The translations under genes and the position numbers were made by a program. A stretch of 64,000 nucleotides of DNA from a virus (Duplodnaviria > Caudoviricetes): the IMG/VR virus record IMGVR_UViG_3300032285_001531; one strand, 5' to 3'. Of the stretch, positions 34,540-43,649 are shown one piece after another. The notes beneath the pieces were generated by a model. The model had not been told where the DNA came from. It ran no database searches and saw only the letters and a list, made by a program, of their open reading frames with translations. The stretch's first letter is position 1, and every line of letters begins with the position of its first letter.

Positions 34540-35337
34540 ATGGACCATTATACTACATTAGGGGTTAGCAGAAATGCAAGCCCCGACGAAATCAAACAAG
34601 CGTATAGAAAATTAGCAAGTGTACATCACCCAGACAAAGGTGGTGACACTGCTAAGTTTCAAGAAATACAACAAGCCTATGAAACATTAGGTGATCCAAG
34701 TAAAAAAGCAGAATATGATAACCCTCATCAAAACTTTGGTGGATTTGGTGGCGGCTTTGGTGGTGGATTCCCACAAGGCTTTGGATTCAGTGGCGGCATC
34801 AATATTGATGACATTTTTGGTCAGATGTTTGGTCGTCAACAACACACTCATTTCCCAACATATAAGACTATATTGAATGTTACACTAGAACAAGTGTACA
34901 ACGGTGATGAACAAGTATTACAATTTCAAACTCATGTAGGGAATCAAGTAGCTAGAATCAATATCCCTAAAGGTGTTGAGAACGGGCAACAAATGCGCTA
35001 CGATAATCTTATTCCAAATGCAACATTAATCGTTGAGTTTAGAGTTTACCCACATGATAAATTTCAAAGACAAGGGCTAAATTTGCAATCTGAGGTTGGT
35101 ATATCAGTATTAGATTTAATCATAGGTACTACTATTGATTTTGAAACTATTTCAGGTAAGAAGTTTCAAGTAACAGTTAAACCTAAAACACAACCTAATA
35201 CTACACTAAGAATACCTCAACAAGGTATGATTCATGGGCATGTAACAGGAGACCAATTAATATTGTTAAAACCATTTATTCCTGCTACAATCAGTGATGA
35301 AATAATCAGTGCAATTATTCGCAATCAAAACAACTAA
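34540..35337 (+). CDS. dnaJ: DnaJ-class (type II, CbpA-like) J-domain chaperone
   Basis: HY.TLGV...AS.DEIK.AYRKLA..HHPD (HPD motif), G/F-rich linker, C-terminal domain, no Zn finger. Confidence 0.93.
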   Translation: MDHYTTLGVSRNASPDEIKQAYRKLASVHHPDKGGDTAKFQEIQQAYETLGDPSKKAEYDNPHQNFGGFGGGFGGGFPQGFGFSGGINIDDIFGQMFGRQQHTHFPTYKTILNVTLEQVYNGDEQVLQFQTHVGNQVARINIPKGVENGQQMRYDNLIPNATLIVEFRVYPHDKFQRQGLNLQSEVGISVLDLIIGTTIDFETISGKKFQVTVKPKTQPNTTLRIPQQGMIHGHVTGDQLILLKPFIPATISDEIISAIIRNQNN

Positions 35338-35347
35338 GGATCAATAC

Positions 35348-37621
35348 ATGAATACATCAGTAGAAATAGAATCAATTATTGAACAGGCCATTGCATATGC
35401 AAAGGAACGTAGTCATCAATATTGCACGGTAGAACATTTATTGTTAGCATTAATAAATCATGTTCCATTTAAGAAATGTGTAGAACAATTCGGTGCGGAT
35501 TCTGAAAGTCTATCAAAAGAAGTGTCAAACTACTTAGATGGATTACGAGCTATCATGATGTCAGTGGATCAGGGAGAAGAAATTAACCCACGTAAAACAA
35601 ATAGTTTGGAACGTGTAATTAATCGTAGCGTGACACAAGTATTGTTTACTGGTCGCAAACAAGTTACCACTATTGACTTGTATCTCAGCATCCTAAGTGA
35701 GAATAATAGTCATGCACATTATTTTATGTTAAAATATGGCTTGAATAAGAATGAATTTGTTCCTTTCTGGCAGAAACATTATAAGGGTGCTGAGTTCAGT
35801 GGTAATCTAACAGATAGTCAAGCAGATGAAATTCTAGGTGAATACACTGTTAATCTAACATATATGGCTAAACAAGGTAAACTTGAGCCATTGATTGGTC
35901 GTAGTACTGAATTAAATGATATTATCAATGTACTTGCTAAGCGTTTCAAATCAAACGTATTAATGGTAGGTGACCCAGGTGTAGGTAAAACTGCAATTGC
36001 AGAAGGTCTTGCTACTATGATTGTAGACGGTAACATCCCTGAGTTTCTAGCAGGTCATGAACTGTATTCACTTGAAGTGGGTATGCTACTTGCAGGATCA
36101 AAGTATCGAGGTGACTTTGAAGAAAAGATTAAAAACATACTTGATGCATTGAATACTAAGAAGAAAGCCATCTTATTCATTGATGAGGCACATACAATGA
36201 AGGGTAGTGGTAATACTAACAGTGGTTCAATTGACTTTGCGAGCATGATTAAGCCTGCAATCACTAAAGGTACATTGAAAATTATTGCAAGTACAACTTG
36301 GGAAGATTATTACGAGAGTTTTGAGAAGGATCGTGCATTGATGCGTAGATTCTATCGTGTAGGTGTAGATGAACCAAATCACGATTCAACTATTCGTATC
36401 CTTAAGGGTCTAAGCACACGGTTAAATGACTTCCATAATGTAGTTATTACAGACGATGCTATCACTGCAGCAGTTGATAGTTCAGCACGTTACATTCACG
36501 ACCGTAAGAATCCAGATAAATCAATTGACTTATTGGATGCAGCATGTGCTAAACAACGTGTACTTGAAAACAAAGAAGCACAGATTACTAAAGAGTTAAT
36601 CTATGAACAAGTTGAACGTATGACGGGCGTTCCTGCAGATAAACTCAATGATGACTTTGGAGACCGTGTACAAAATCTTGAACAAAACATTAAAGACAAA
36701 TTATACGGTCAAGACGAAGCAGTTAATAATGTACTTGAACGTGTGTACGTAAGTTTTGCGGGTATAAGTAACGAGAATCGTCCAATGGGTTCATTCTTAT
36801 TCTTAGGACCAACAGGTACAGGTAAAACTGAACTTGCTAAACTACTCAGCAAAAACTTAGATATGCCGTTACTCAAATATGATATGAGTGAATATGGTGA
36901 GAAGCATAGTGTTGCTAAGTTAATTGGTGCTCCTCCTGGTTATGTAGGCTATGGTGAGGGTCAATTGGGCGGTGGTAAACTTATCAATGACTTATCTAAG
37001 AATCCATACTCTATACTATTGTTTGATGAAGTTGAGAAAGCACACCCTGAAGTATTTGACATTTTCTTGCAGTTATTAGATGAGGGTCGTATCACTGGTT
37101 CTAACAGCAAAGAAGTAAACGCTAAGAACTGTTTGATTATCATGACCAGTAACTTAGGTGCAAGCGATAGTGAGAAGAATAATATTGGCTTTGGCACACA
37201 AGAACGTACAGGTGATGACGAACGTGCGCTAAAAGAATTCTTCAAACCAGAGTTTAGAAATCGTATTGACATGATTTGTAAGTTTAACAAACTAGATAAC
37301 CTTGCTATTAAGAAGATTGTTATTAAGTTTACAGATGAACTTAAGAAAAGCATCAAAGCAGCACATGACATTACATTCAATCTAAGTGAACCAGTTGTTG
37401 ACTTCTTAGCTGAGCAAGGATATGACAAGAAGATGGGCGCACGTCCACTATCACGTAAGATTGATGAGTTGATTCGTGTACCGTTATCTAAGAAAATTGT
37501 GTTCGAAGGTGTGAAAAGTGCAAATGTTACCGCACATCTAGTAGATGATAAGATTGAATTTGTAGTATCACAGAAGATTGTTGCTAGAGTAGGGTATAAT
37601 GGAGTAATTACAGTTGAATAA
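35348..37621 (+). CDS. clpA: ClpA-type AAA+ unfoldase
   Basis: Start re-called at ATG 35348 (SD AAGGA). Clp N-domain, GDPGVGKT/FIDEAH, GPTGTGKT/LFDEVEKA, pore loops KYRG and GYVG, no ClpB middle domain, IGF loop (NNIGFG). Confidence 0.93.
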   Translation: MNTSVEIESIIEQAIAYAKERSHQYCTVEHLLLALINHVPFKKCVEQFGADSESLSKEVSNYLDGLRAIMMSVDQGEEINPRKTNSLERVINRSVTQVLFTGRKQVTTIDLYLSILSENNSHAHYFMLKYGLNKNEFVPFWQKHYKGAEFSGNLTDSQADEILGEYTVNLTYMAKQGKLEPLIGRSTELNDIINVLAKRFKSNVLMVGDPGVGKTAIAEGLATMIVDGNIPEFLAGHELYSLEVGMLLAGSKYRGDFEEKIKNILDALNTKKKAILFIDEAHTMKGSGNTNSGSIDFASMIKPAITKGTLKIIASTTWEDYYESFEKDRALMRRFYRVGVDEPNHDSTIRILKGLSTRLNDFHNVVITDDAITAAVDSSARYIHDRKNPDKSIDLLDAACAKQRVLENKEAQITKELIYEQVERMTGVPADKLNDDFGDRVQNLEQNIKDKLYGQDEAVNNVLERVYVSFAGISNENRPMGSFLFLGPTGTGKTELAKLLSKNLDMPLLKYDMSEYGEKHSVAKLIGAPPGYVGYGEGQLGGGKLINDLSKNPYSILLFDEVEKAHPEVFDIFLQLLDEGRITGSNSKEVNAKNCLIIMTSNLGASDSEKNNIGFGTQERTGDDERALKEFFKPEFRNRIDMICKFNKLDNLAIKKIVIKFTDELKKSIKAAHDITFNLSEPVVDFLAEQGYDKKMGARPLSRKIDELIRVPLSKKIVFEGVKSANVTAHLVDDKIEFVVSQKIVARVGYNGVITVE

Positions 37622-38270
37622 TTACAAACTAGAAATAGAGAATCGAAAGATTCTCTATTATAAAAAGTATCATTACAGAGCAAAGTTTAATCTACCAGGA
37701 GTACATCATGTTGGGATTGCAAGGAATTCACGTGAGTTGGAAAAGATTATAGCTAATCATCTTAAATGGTCTGAATATAAGTTACCTGATAATAGATTAG
37801 CATTAGAAAATCTTTTAGATTGGAAAATTAAAAATCAGGATAATATTTCTATTAGAACAGAATATAGAATGTGTTCTATTTTTAGTAATGATTTAACTTT
37901 ATTGCAAACACTAAGTGATGTAGTGGATGATGTATCGTATACTAAAGCAGAATTATACGGAGATCCAGGAATTATTGAACTACTAAAGCCCAAACATAAT
38001 TACAGAGTTTACTTTAAAAGCAAGCGTATTCAAGGAACCAAGTTTGTTAGTGAGTTAAATGAGTTTTTAGAATTACACAAAAACTCAGTATTTCCCTGTA
38101 GGGCACTAAACACTTGGGTAAAAGACTCTAATCAACCCGCTTGGAGATATAATTGGTTATCAGATAGTCATTACATAGAATATGATGATGAATCTACCAA
38201 AATATTACTGAACCTATTTTTAGATGGATATTTAGCCAAAACTTACAAAGTTAAAATGCGTGATTATTGA
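37614..38270 (+). CDS. Hypothetical protein coupled to clpA (TTG start)
   Basis: 218 aa with SD GGAG; two similar halves (KKYHYRAKF / PKHNYRVYF). Confidence 0.7.
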   Translation: MNNYKLEIENRKILYYKKYHYRAKFNLPGVHHVGIARNSRELEKIIANHLKWSEYKLPDNRLALENLLDWKIKNQDNISIRTEYRMCSIFSNDLTLLQTLSDVVDDVSYTKAELYGDPGIIELLKPKHNYRVYFKSKRIQGTKFVSELNEFLELHKNSVFPCRALNTWVKDSNQPAWRYNWLSDSHYIEYDDESTKILLNLFLDGYLAKTYKVKMRDY

Positions 38271-38299
38271 GATAAATACTCTAATTAATGGAGTATATT
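38271..38299 (+). promoter_or_regulatory. Late promoter with an RBS-sequestering hairpin
   Basis: GATAAATA (38271-78). ATACTCTA (38276-83) pairs with TGGAGTAT (38289-96), which contains the SD GGAG. Confidence 0.65.
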
Positions 38300-38464
38300 A
38301 TGGCAAAAATACACGAGGAAGTCGTTGTAATCAAATTAAGCAAGTTGGTCAAAGAATCTAGTGATAATCCTAGTTTGGCCAGTGCTGAAACAGTAGCCGC
38401 ACTAGAACAAGTTGCCCAAGAATTAGTGGGTGATGGAGTCATTGTTGAGATAGAAAGAGCATAA
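38300..38464 (+). CDS. Small protein missed by the ORF track (54 aa)
   Basis: MAKIHEEVVVIKLSKLVKESSDNPSLASAETVAALEQVAQELVGDGVIVEIERA. SD GGAG and a late promoter upstream; fills the gap exactly. Confidence 0.75.
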   Translation: MAKIHEEVVVIKLSKLVKESSDNPSLASAETVAALEQVAQELVGDGVIVEIERA

Positions 38465-38469
38465 TATAA

Positions 38470-38808
38470 ATGTCTCAGGCTACCACTATTATTCTATTGC
38501 CACAAACCACATTCAGTGCAGGTCCTACTGTCCTCGGGGATAAACAACCTGCTGCTGCATACTATTTAGGTAACAGAAATCTACAAACACTTAGTTGGAG
38601 TTTGTCAAACTTTACGGGTGTAATAAGAATCCAAGCTACTTTAGCAGAAACCCCCTTGACAAATGATTGGTTTGAAGTGTATAATATAACTTTATCAACC
38701 ACAACACAGACTAGTTATTACAATCTGCCCGGAAACTTTGTTTGGATTCGTGCAGTTGTATATGACTTTACAGCCGGTGTTATTCAGAATATCAAAGTAA
38801 GTTACTAA
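38470..38808 (+). CDS. Hypothetical beta-rich structural protein
   Basis: 112 aa; F.G.I.IQATL..P...DWF.V...GNFVWIRA pattern. Confidence 0.65.
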   Translation: MSQATTIILLPQTTFSAGPTVLGDKQPAAAYYLGNRNLQTLSWSLSNFTGVIRIQATLAETPLTNDWFEVYNITLSTTTQTSYYNLPGNFVWIRAVVYDFTAGVIQNIKVSY

Positions 38809-38809
38809 T

Positions 38810-41800
38810 ATGGGTGGTAATGCTACTATTAGGGGTCGTGAAGCACAAAGCTTGGACTTAAAAGTCACACAGCGCAGCTTTATGGTGCCTAAACTAAATG
38901 CATTACTTCATTCAATCAACACAGCATATCAAAAAGCAACTAAACAAACGCTTTGGGATCCTAAAGTATTAGAGAGTGGTCAATTCTTAAGTGGTAGTTC
39001 ATTACATTTTTTCAATGTTACTGGGATAGATGATAAAACATTTATAACTAAGAAACCTAAAATTGGTGACATTGACACAATGGTCGATAAGACTAAAGAA
39101 GTTCCTCTACAGCAATTCTTAACAACATATATTGACAGACCTTTGGGTCCTGCTGTATTCAGAGGATTTGATAAGGGCAATGAGCAGTATATTTCTTTAT
39201 GGGAATTACAGGATCCTCCTGTAACAATTCAAATTGACTTTGAATTAGTAGATTATCAAAATGGTTCACCTACGGACTGGGCTAAGTTTAGTCATAGTAG
39301 TTCATGGGAAGATTTACAGCATGGAGTTAAGGGCGTATTTCATAAGTTGTTAGTACAATCACTCGCAGCACTAAGCAAGCAAACCTTCTATCAACGTAAA
39401 ATGGTAGGACGTGGTAAAATGCGTAGTGAACAAGATATACCTGTGACTGACAATATGTATTCATTCGCAGTATCTTCTAAAGAAGGTGGAGGATTAAGAG
39501 CAAAGTATGAACCGGTTTTAGGTCCTAACGGTAGACCACTAGCTAAAGATGGAATGCCTGTTATGAGTGCTACTCCTACTACAGGTTATATCAAAGACAT
39601 AGGTCAAATATTCTCAACACTATTAGGTAAACGTTTATCAGCACAAACAGCAAAACAAGTATCAGCTAATTTCTGGTCATTTTCTGGCATTGTTGATGTA
39701 CTAGCAAAGATATTAAACCCAGAAGAAAAAGCGGCAGTAGTAGATTCATTTATAGTAAGAACAATAGGACCTGGCGCACAGGGATTATATAAGAATGATC
39801 CTAATCAGGATGTACAAGAAAAATTAGTTGCGTTGAACTACATTATGAAAAAACTTAATGTATCAAAGCCAAAAGAATTTGATGATATGTTAAAAACTTA
39901 TCGTAGTGCGTACAAGATGACTACTGAAAGTATAGAGTTAACTGAAGCTCCTGACTATAAGCGTAAAAGTATTCCTCATATATACAATCCAGGTACCACA
40001 GTTGAAATCAAAGATAAAGATTTTATTGAAATGTGCAAGGAAATTGCACAGAATGGTGGTACACTAAACAATTCAGTTGTTAACTTAAAAGTTGACGGAG
40101 CTGGTATTCGTTTCGGTAAAGATCAAAGTGGTAAGCCATTCTTTATGACTAGCAAAGTAAATGAACCTAAGTATATTGAGAACTACGGTGATTTTGCAAA
40201 TTACAATATAAGCCAAGGACAACCAGAAGAACGTGTAGCATTTGCTAAGAATTATGATAATGCGTTAAAGATTATATTATCTAGTAATCTTATGAATGCA
40301 ATTCCAGCAGATACAATTATTCAAGCTGAAATGCTATTCAATGACATGGCTCAAAAGTCAAAAGATGGCTATAAGTTTGTAAACATTAACTATGACCCTA
40401 AAAAGTTAGGGAAAGTAATGACACTTGCTCCGTTCACATTCAAACAATATAGCACAGGGGAAGTTTTACCTAATGCTGAAGAAATTCAACAGAATTTATT
40501 GAAGTTAAGCGATAATACAATTAAAGTTATTAGTAATACATTACAACAAAAAGGTATTAATGTCAGTAAAATTATCAACCCTGTCGTAGCTAATGCAGAT
40601 GAATTAAGAAGTGCATTATCAATACGTGGTGATAGTCCGCAAAAACAAAAAGCAAAAGAAGTTATTGCTCATGCTAAACAAACATTAAGCGAAGCTATTA
40701 GCAACAGTCCTATAAAAGGTAAAGACCAGTTAGGTCCTTATAACGAAGGGCTTGTTATTACATTACCTAGTGGCAGAACAGTTAAAGTAACTAGTCAAGC
40801 TATGAAAGATGTAATGGCAACTAGAAAAGCTCCAGCTGGTCCACGTAGTGGTAAAACAGCAATAGTAACTGCTGGTAGCTTTGTTGGTCACAAAGGGCAT
40901 GAACAATTAGTTGAACTAGTATTTGATAAAGCAGCAGCAATAGGAGCTGATCCATATGTATATATCAGCCCAACAGTAGGAGCAGACGATCCTATTCCAC
41001 CACAGATGAAGTTAATGACATGGCAAAAACTTTATCCTAATCATGTTAATAGCTTTCAAGTTTGGCAAGAAGGTGGAACACCAGTCAAAAAGATTGAAAA
41101 AGAATTAGTAACAAGAACTAATCCTCCACCATACGATAGAATTATTGTTATGGTTGGTGATGATAGATACGAAGGTTTTAAACAGTGGGTAGAACACTTG
41201 AGCAAGCGCATGAAGAATCCTCAGTACCCTGGATTTGAGCATGTAGAATTTCATGTTGAGAATACACCACGTGATACTGAATCAGGCGGTACTGGAGTAA
41301 GTTTCACAGACTGTCGTAAAGTATTAGAAAGTCCTAACTTATCCGAAGAACAGAAACTAGCATTTTGGTGCAGAGCATTTGATGTTGATAAGTTAGGTAT
41401 AAGTTGGATTAAACAATTAATGGATACAGCCAAAAAAGGTATGGGGATAAAACAAATGACTAAAAAAGAAAAACTAAAAGAGTTTATACAACGTGCGAGA
41501 CCAATGCTTAAAGAAGCAAGCGTTGAAAAGAAACTAGAGGTTCTTGGTTTCATTAAAGAATCACTGCAAGATGTTTCTGAAGCAGGTAGCCCAGCACAAC
41601 AAGCTGCTATTGCTATCAATATGAAAAAGCATCACAAGAAGCCTAAGCACATAGATGAAAGTCAAGTAACAAAAATTACTGATTATGATACCTGGAGTGA
41701 TACAGTTAAAGAACTAGGTTGTGAGATATATCCTCAAGTAGATAGAAATCTTTTAGTAGCACAGAGGTGGGATGGTGACATAATTGGTAAATTCCACTTA

Positions 41801-42574
41801 GATAAAGATTACGGCTTCATTAATCAGTCTGGTGAACTAGATGAAACTATTAGAAAAGTAGGTAGCCAATATCGTTTACTAAGTAAAAAAGGTAAGAACT
41901 TAGGTACATATCCAAGCAAAGCAGGTGCTGAAAAGCGTGAACGTCAAGTACAATACTTTAAACATGCTAACGAAGGTATGTCGGAAGGCCGTAATAACGA
42001 AGAACTTGCTAACGAAGTATATGCAGAGTTTGAAAGAATCTATCCTAATTTAGCACGTAAGGCACACGAACATACAGTACATGCTGCAATTATAGATGTG
42101 TTAAATTACGGTGATGGTGATATTAGTGCATTAGCACAAGATGTTGCTCGTGCAGTTAAACATGATATTCAACAAGATGTATCCGAAGGATTTAATAGTA
42201 AGCAAGAAGTTATTGCACATTTTGTTAAGCAAGGTAAGAGTGCAGCAAGTGGCGCAGCAGCATGGGAGCGTGGATGGAGAGGCCCTAAATCTAAACAAAA
42301 GGAATTAAAACCACCAGTCAAAAGTTATCATGACGATTTAGATGACAAGCGTTATGGTGAACAAGAAGTATCTGAAACTGAAGAACCATTTAATTTAGAA
42401 AATCGTCATACGATGGATTATGGTATGAGAAAATACATGGTTCATAAACTAGCTAAGACTACAGGCTATGGAGTTAGTGATCTAGAACTAGCTAGTGACG
42501 AAGAACTACGTGACTTGTTTCAGCAGACTTTTCCTGACAAACAACTAGACGAAGATTATTTGGACGAAAAATAA
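38810..42574 (+). CDS. Multidomain protein: pol-beta-like NTase + ligase-like (KxDG) nucleotidyltransferase + HIGH cytidylyltransferase-like domain + protease-site-delimited modules
   Basis: SGSS...GDID (D87/D89); K427-VDG, QAE507, NE646GLV, VK659V; H694KGH and IIVMVGDDR. Residues 883-1254 are punctuated by LKE|A, IKE|S, VSE|A, IDE|S, LDE|T, MSE|G, VSE|G, VSE|T and LDE|D. Confidence 0.7.
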   Translation: MGGNATIRGREAQSLDLKVTQRSFMVPKLNALLHSINTAYQKATKQTLWDPKVLESGQFLSGSSLHFFNVTGIDDKTFITKKPKIGDIDTMVDKTKEVPLQQFLTTYIDRPLGPAVFRGFDKGNEQYISLWELQDPPVTIQIDFELVDYQNGSPTDWAKFSHSSSWEDLQHGVKGVFHKLLVQSLAALSKQTFYQRKMVGRGKMRSEQDIPVTDNMYSFAVSSKEGGGLRAKYEPVLGPNGRPLAKDGMPVMSATPTTGYIKDIGQIFSTLLGKRLSAQTAKQVSANFWSFSGIVDVLAKILNPEEKAAVVDSFIVRTIGPGAQGLYKNDPNQDVQEKLVALNYIMKKLNVSKPKEFDDMLKTYRSAYKMTTESIELTEAPDYKRKSIPHIYNPGTTVEIKDKDFIEMCKEIAQNGGTLNNSVVNLKVDGAGIRFGKDQSGKPFFMTSKVNEPKYIENYGDFANYNISQGQPEERVAFAKNYDNALKIILSSNLMNAIPADTIIQAEMLFNDMAQKSKDGYKFVNINYDPKKLGKVMTLAPFTFKQYSTGEVLPNAEEIQQNLLKLSDNTIKVISNTLQQKGINVSKIINPVVANADELRSALSIRGDSPQKQKAKEVIAHAKQTLSEAISNSPIKGKDQLGPYNEGLVITLPSGRTVKVTSQAMKDVMATRKAPAGPRSGKTAIVTAGSFVGHKGHEQLVELVFDKAAAIGADPYVYISPTVGADDPIPPQMKLMTWQKLYPNHVNSFQVWQEGGTPVKKIEKELVTRTNPPPYDRIIVMVGDDRYEGFKQWVEHLSKRMKNPQYPGFEHVEFHVENTPRDTESGGTGVSFTDCRKVLESPNLSEEQKLAFWCRAFDVDKLGISWIKQLMDTAKKGMGIKQMTKKEKLKEFIQRARPMLKEASVEKKLEVLGFIKESLQDVSEAGSPAQQAAIAINMKKHHKKPKHIDESQVTKITDYDTWSDTVKELGCEIYPQVDRNLLVAQRWDGDIIGKFHLDKDYGFINQSGELDETIRKVGSQYRLLSKKGKNLGTYPSKAGAEKRERQVQYFKHANEGMSEGRNNEELANEVYAEFERIYPNLARKAHEHTVHAAIIDVLNYGDGDISALAQDVARAVKHDIQQDVSEGFNSKQEVIAHFVKQGKSAASGAAAWERGWRGPKSKQKELKPPVKSYHDDLDDKRYGEQEVSETEEPFNLENRHTMDYGMRKYMVHKLAKTTGYGVSDLELASDEELRDLFQQTFPDKQLDEDYLDEK

Positions 42575-42586
42575 TTTTTTGATGCC

Positions 42587-42628
42587 ATCCTCATGATGTA
42601 AATAATAGTACATTTTCATGAGGATAAA
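42587..42628 (+). promoter_or_regulatory. Late promoter in a hairpin sequestering the glycosyltransferase RBS
   Basis: ATCCTCATGA (42587-96) and TCATGAGGAT (42616-25) form a perfect 10-bp inverted repeat. TGTAAATA at 42597-42604; SD GAGG in the 3' arm. Confidence 0.75.
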
Positions 42629-43576
42629 ATGGCAAAGAAAAAACCAACAGAAGAAGCAACTATTCCTGTAGAGCAGGCAGTAGAAGCTATTGAAGCAATT
42701 CAAGAAATATCAGAAGAACAAGCCCAAGCGCAACAGGCTCAGCAACCTGGACAAAATCAGGTTCAAGTAAATGTTGACTTTCTAAAGACCACCCGTGTAC
42801 ACATAGCAATGCCATGCTATGGTGGTATGTTGACAGAAAGCACATTTATGAGTTTCATCAAGTGGGCTAATACTGCAAGACAATTAGGGATTGACTGGAC
42901 ATTGGAAACAATGGTAAATGAGTCACTAATCAGCCGCGCACGTAACACACTTACAGCAAAATTCTTAGACCAAAAAGAATCAACACATTTATTCTTTGTT
43001 GATGCAGACATTGGTTGGGAGCCATGGCACTTACTAGTATTGTTAAACCGTGACGTTGATGTTATCGGTGGATTATATCCAATGAAGACAATGCCAATCA
43101 AGTGGGTAGTTAATGGATTTGAGGGTGCCGAAGAAGGCCCAGACGGACTACAAGAAGTAAGCAAAGCAGGTACAGGATTCTTGTTAATGAAGAAGCATGT
43201 ATTTGAGAAGTTAAATGTTCACCCAGCAGTTAAGCAGTACAAGAATGATATCGGATTAGATCCAAAGTATGACCAATACTTAAAGACTTATTTTGATACT
43301 GCAGTGCGTCAAAATCGCTACTACAGCGAAGATTGGACTTTCTGCGAAAACTGGCGTGACCTAGGTGGTAAAGTATATGTTGACAAACGTGTTCTATTAC
43401 GTCACAGCGGTGCTTATGTATTCTGTATGGAAAATCAACAACATCTATTGAATACAATTGGACCTATGTACGTGCAAGAATTACAAGCACAACAAGCACA
43501 ACAGTCAGCAGTAAACGCAGCTCCTGTAGACGCAGGTGATGCTAAAACTGCTAAAAAATCTAAGAAAACAGCTTAA
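42629..43576 (+). CDS. GT-A fold glycosyltransferase-like protein
   Basis: HIAMPCYGG, ESLISRARN.L...FL, LFFVDADIGW (DxD), GTGFLL.K..VF and SEDW.FC..WR..GG.VY.D....L.H.G. Confidence 0.8.
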   Translation: MAKKKPTEEATIPVEQAVEAIEAIQEISEEQAQAQQAQQPGQNQVQVNVDFLKTTRVHIAMPCYGGMLTESTFMSFIKWANTARQLGIDWTLETMVNESLISRARNTLTAKFLDQKESTHLFFVDADIGWEPWHLLVLLNRDVDVIGGLYPMKTMPIKWVVNGFEGAEEGPDGLQEVSKAGTGFLLMKKHVFEKLNVHPAVKQYKNDIGLDPKYDQYLKTYFDTAVRQNRYYSEDWTFCENWRDLGGKVYVDKRVLLRHSGAYVFCMENQQHLLNTIGPMYVQELQAQQAQQSAVNAAPVDAGDAKTAKKSKKTA

Positions 43577-43601
43577 ACTTCTTTGATTTTTCACGAAGCC
43601 G

Positions 43602-43636
43602 AGGGCTATTACAGGAGACTGTAGTAGCCCTTTTTT
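43602..43636 (+). terminator. Intrinsic terminator (GAGA tetraloop)
   Basis: AGGGCTATTACAG-GAGA-CTGTAGTAGCCCT followed by TTTTT. Confidence 0.88.
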
Positions 43637-43649
43637 GATAAATACACTT

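Noticed and set aside
36961-37683. 240-aa minus-strand ORF
   Set aside because: It is an antisense shadow of clpA with no RBS or recognisable motif. The same applies to the many 60-160 aa ORFs opposite the fibre, sheath and enzyme genes.
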